A DNA stretch of 63,601 bases, filler included, from Klebsormidium nitens (Eukaryota > Plantae > Klebsormidiophyceae), in the NCBI GenBank assembly GCA_000708835.1. It is 8 parts of 8 records of this genome, joined end to end, with 100 filler letters (N's around TTAATTAATTAA, not from the genome) between each part and the next. Parts side by side here need not be neighbours in the genome. Positions count along the whole stretch, not along the records: positions 59,244 to 61,250 come from DF237093.1; positions 61,351 to 63,601 come from DF238725.1; 6 more parts are not named here. The stretch is one strand, 5' to 3'. Positions 59,244 through 63,601 of this stretch are shown piece by piece. The first letter of the stretch is position 1. Every line of letters starts with the position of its first letter. The translations under genes were made by a program, and so were the position numbers. The notes beneath the pieces were generated by a model that saw only the letters and a program-made list of their open reading frames with translations, was not told the DNA's origin and did not search any database.

Positions 59244-61250
59244 GCTTCCGCTGCCGGCCTTCCACTGCCAGCCCAAGTTGCCAACCTTCCCATGCCTGTC
59301 TTTCCGACCTTTCATGCCAGCGCCGTTTGCCGGCCTTTGCCATGTGCCGAAAGGTCCCGCTGCCGGCCTTCCGCTGCAGGCCTCTGCCAAGATTTTACTA
59401 TGCCAGCATTTGCCGGCCTTTGCTCGTGCCAGCCTTCCGCTGCCAGCCTCTGCCAACCTATTGCCGGCCTTTGCTCGGCATTCTTTTCAATCCAAACTTT
59501 TCGACTTTGCCGGCCTTCGTCAATCTCAGGTTTGCCCGCCTTTGCCAACCTTTATGCCGGCGTTTGCCGGCGTTTGCCACGTGCCGACCTTTCGCTGCCG
59601 GCCTAAGTTTGCCAACCTTTCATGTCAGCCTTTGCCGGCCTTTGCTCCGGCGTGCCGACCTTTCGCTGCCGGCCTTCCGCTACCAGCCTTTGCCAACCTT
59701 CAAGTTCTTGCCGGCCTTTCCCGATATTTCATGCTAGCGCCGTTTGCCGGCCTTTAAGTAGCGGAAGGCATTGGCAGTTGCCACGTGCCGACCTCCCGCT
59801 TTGCCGACCTTCTATGCCAGCCTTTGCAGAGCTTTGCCAGTGCCGACCATCCGCTGCCCGCCTGGCGGTGACCGCTGTCGGCCTTCCTCTACAGGCCTTT
59901 CAACGACATTTTTTGCTAGCCTTTGCCGGGCTTTGTCGTGCCGACCTTCCGCTAGGCCCGCCTTCCGCTGCCGGCCTTCCGTAGCCAACCTTTGCCAACG
60001 TTTATGCCGACAAATTTGCCGACCATTGCCACGTGCAAACCTTCTGCTGCAGGCCTTTGCCGACCTTTTTTTCCAGCCTTTGCCGGCCTTCACTACGTGT
60101 GACGGCCTTCCGCTGCCGGCCTTCCGCTGCCGGTCTTTGCCAACCTTTCATGTCAGCCTTTGCTTTGGTCGTGCCGACCTTCCGCTCCCAAGAAGGCCGA
60201 GCAAAGGCCGGCACAAAGGTCGGCATTGAAACGCCGGGAGGAAAAGGTCGGCACGAGCAAAGGCCTTCAAAGGCCAGCCGGCATAAAAGGTCGGCAAAGG
60301 CCGGCAGGAAGAGTCGGCAAAGGCCTCAGTGCAGCAAAAGGCCGGCAGCGGAAGCAGCACGTGGCAAAGCCCGGCAAAGGCTGACATACAAGGTTGGCAA
60401 AGGCCCGCAGCGTAAGGCCGGCAGCGGAAGGTCGGCACGACAAAGCCCGGCAAAGGCTGGCACCAAAGGTCGACAATCATCCGGAAGTGAAAGGCCGGCA
60501 CCAGAAAGGTGGCAGCGGAAGGTCGGCACGAGCAAAGGTTGGCAAAGGCCGGTGCAGAAAATGAAACCGGCAAAGACTAGCAGCGGAAGGCCCGCAGCGG
60601 AAGGTCGACACGAGCTTGAAGGCCGGCAAAAGCTGACAAGATAGGTTGGCAAAGGCCAGCAGCGGACGGCCGGCAGCAAAAGGTCGGGCGGCACGTGAAA
60701 AAGGCCGGAGAACGCTGGCATAGAAGGTCGGCAAAGGCTGGCAAAAACTTTCGGCAAAGGCTGGCAAAGGCCGACAAATCTGAGATTGGCAAAGGCCGGC
60801 AAAGTCGAAAACTTGAAGTCCGGAGAAGAAGGCCGAGCAAAGGCTGGCAGGAAGGTTGGCAAAGGCTGGCAGCGGAAGGCCGGCAGCGAAAGGTCGGCAT
60901 GAGCAAAAGCCGGCAACAGCTAGCATACAAGGTCGGCAATTACCGGCAAAAAGCTTGGCAAAGGCTAGCAGCGTCCGGAAGGCCGGCAGCGGGAGGTCGG
61001 CACCCCGTCGGCACATGGCAAAGGCTGGCAAACGCTGGCATAAAAGGTTGGCAAAGGCCGGCACTGGCAGGAAGGTTGGCAAAGGGTGGGCCGGCAACAG
61101 CTGGCATGCCAAGGTCGGCAAAGGCCGGCTGGAAGGCTCGCAAAGGCTGGCAGCGGAAGGTCGGCAGCGGAAGGTCGGCACGAGCAAAGGCCGGCAACAG
61201 CTGGCATGAAAGGTCGGCAAATTTCCGGCAAGAAGGTTGGCACAGGCTGG
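59244..61250. repeat. ~2-kb fold-back satellite: tandem GCCGGCCTT/GCCGACCTT/TTTGCCAACC units that invert near 60190
   Basis: The left half reads TTTGCCGGCCTT..., the right half AAGGCCGGCAAA...; the reverse complement of the right end matches the left end (CCGACCTTTCATGCCAGC...TTGCCGGCCTTTGC). Both ends run into gaps. Confidence 0.85.
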
Positions 61251-61559
61251 NNNNNNNNNNNNNNNNNNNNNNNNNNNNNNNNNNNNNNNNNNNNTTAATT
61301 AATTAANNNNNNNNNNNNNNNNNNNNNNNNNNNNNNNNNNNNNNNNNNNNTTCTAAGTCAATGCAAATTGTCAGAACCTCGCTCTAACGCTCCCAGTACA
61401 CCCAGAAAGAGTGCCTGGCATGGGGCTGACAATTTGCACCCACTTGTCTATGCAATGAAGCTTCTCAACCAATGCAATTTGTCAGCACCCCACACGTACA
61501 GCACATATCGCTTCCTTGATCCATGCCATATCTCAGAAATTGACTCTACGCTCCTCCCA

Positions 61560-62480
61560 CACAGCAGAATCTGAGCCTTCGGGCTTGGTGGGCTCACCAT
61601 AGTGGAAGGAAGCAATTCAGCAGCAGGGGTGCCTTTCTTGCCAGCAAACGGCGAGGTTGCCGGCTCCTGCTGCTGTGGTGTGGTCGTCTCTGCCATCTGC
61701 TGCACGATATGACCAGACAATACTCAGAGGGATCCCTCGCGATTCAATGACGCATTGGCGAGCCAGTGATCTCAGGTGAGGATTGATGTAGGCCATCAGC
61801 CGAGATCAGTCCCACTTTGTAAGCACAATCCTGCAAGCCTGCAGGTGTGCAGGTCAGCCAGCTGAAGAAGCGTAAAAGGCTGGGCACGAGGGCTCACCTT
61901 GAAACCTGGTGCGCAGCGCCGATGCCCACACGCTCTGCTGTCACAAAGCAAACAGCCTGCACCAAGATAATGAAGCAATATGCACAGACATGCATGCATG
62001 CAAGATGTATTGTTGGATTGCCAAGATAATCACATGTTGCTAAATGGCAGCACAATTGCACGTTGATGTTGATAACACCTGTCAGACAGACCTCGCCATG
62101 CGTCAACGTGCACTGCTTTCACCGCAAACAAGGCCCCTTTTTGCAAGAGCACAAACACCTGGAAAAATGCACTCGAAGCACACAGCACAGGCCCTCAGGA
62201 TTGCCAAGATGAATGAAAGGCAAATTGCTCTTACCTGAGCATGTCCCGAAGCCTGCGTGCACAATGCGCTGACCACAGACTGCCAGCTTCCAAGCTTGCC
62301 ACAGAGCTCCCTCCAGAAATTGACCCTTTGTTCTTTCAAGAAATGAAGGTAGAGACCATTGCAAACCATGAAAACGAGCTCAGAAAGCTGCCAGGGGCCG
62401 CCAGGGGCCGCCATTGGGTGCCGCCGCCAACTGTGCCAAGTCATCAGACGCTGACTCGCCGCTGACTCAGAGAAGGATCT
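61560..62480 (-). other. Possible exons of an unidentified minus-strand gene
   Basis: Donor GCTCAG|GTAAGA near 62236 after an open frame (LKEQRVNFWRELCGKLGSW), and a short TTTGTGACAG...CAAG|GTGAGC exon near 61900-61940. Confidence 0.25.
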
Positions 62481-63601
62481 CCTTGCTTCTAGAAGAACAC
62501 TTGGCAGCATACCAAGCCCGCCGCAGGGCGCCAGACCTTGCCAGACCTTGCCAGACCTTCCAACAGCGTCAACATCAGTGACCTACCAACCTCCGCATGA
62601 ATTTGGGGCATCTACTTGCTGCTACCAGGGACCGTGCTCTGCTTGGAGCTGGTTGGGAACGGTCCACCATAGCGCGGTAATGGTGAATGCCGGGCCCTTC
62701 TCGCTGGGCCGGGGCCCAGGGTTTCCCACGGAGGTTTGCCCCGGCCGGCCACCTGCCGGCGCACCCGGTTCTGCCGGCTGAGCGGTCGGAATAAGCATCA
62801 CCGGCCGGCTAAGCGAGCCGAGTGCCTGAGTTTGCAGCCGGCTGAGGCCGGCGGGGTGCCTTCGGCACCGGCCGGGTTTCGTTCCTGGCCGGCCAGGTCC
62901 CGGCTGTGGGAAACCCTGGCCGGGCCCTTTAAGGAAACTCGCACGAACGTCTGCGGCTTGCAATCTGTAGGTAGGCCAACACACAAGCAATCCATGCCAA
63001 ACTTGTGAAACAGACGAATCCGTAGCTTAAGCTTTGTTTAAGACAGTTGAAGATTCCAAAATGCATTTAAACTTCTGACTCATGAGCAACCCATGGCAAA
63101 TTTTCAAATAAAGTGGCCGGCCGATCGATGGATCGAATTCAATGATTGGCAGCGTGTCACTGTCCCAGCTTTTTGACGGACCCTCATGTGCCTTCTAAAG
63201 AAATCTCCTGCAAAAGAGCAGCTATGCTTCATAACGTGAAACGTGCATTTCTAGTCACTGCGCTTTCTCCGTCGAGACATTCTAGAGAGTACATGTACGT
63301 TTTCTATAGGGAACAAATAACAAACGTGAATTTCGTAGTCAAGCGCTCGATCGGGTGGTGTACCACGTGAGGATTTGTATGATCTTCCTTCAAAACCGCT
63401 GAATTTTGCAACGTTGAGGGGGCGGACATATGAGATGCAATCAATGAGTGCCATATTCCTATGCTTACGAAGCTGTTTGGACCCCAGTGGGCAACGATGA
63501 GTAGCAAGTAAATATTTTCAGCTTGAAAGCTAGCGTGCAATGCTTTGCAATAACCGGAGCATTGGAAGGAGTAATTGTCGAATGATATTCGTCCTTAACG
63601 A

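Noticed and set aside
59278-61243. Many 100-250 aa CRP/LPAF/GRQR-rich ORFs
   Set aside because: Translations of the satellite in all six frames on both strands; not protein-like.

Overview
Intron-rich eukaryotic scaffold (about 50% GC, GTGAGC/GTGAGT/GTAAGC donors, 100-nt gaps padded with a TTAATTAATTAA linker). The style fits a green alga or charophyte such as Klebsormidium, but that is inference. Two housekeeping genes are clear: SDHAF4 (45844-46428) and the 9-exon CNOT9/RCD1 (47832-52560, minus). The centrepiece is a 12.7-kb gap-bounded contig (12866-25607) of virus/mobile-element genes. It contains a split Zn-finger plus UL9/origin-binding-like SF2 helicase gene flanked by arrays of ~125-bp inverted-repeat units, a virus-type tyrosine recombinase, a Prim-Pol/Zn-finger/SF3 (D5-like) primase-helicase, a KDZ-type DDE transposase and an XPA-C-like ORF. 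No capsid, packaging ATPase or B-family polymerase is recognisable. The island sits inside a cluster of spliced genes for secreted Cys-rich/Pro-Thr-rich precursors that the ORF track misses: one exon-modular repeat gene, three tandem R-K-L-L-Q paralogues each carrying a lesion, and one PAN/apple plus polyproline gene. A ~2-kb fold-back satellite lies near the right end. All family assignments come from motif recognition by eye; no searches were run.
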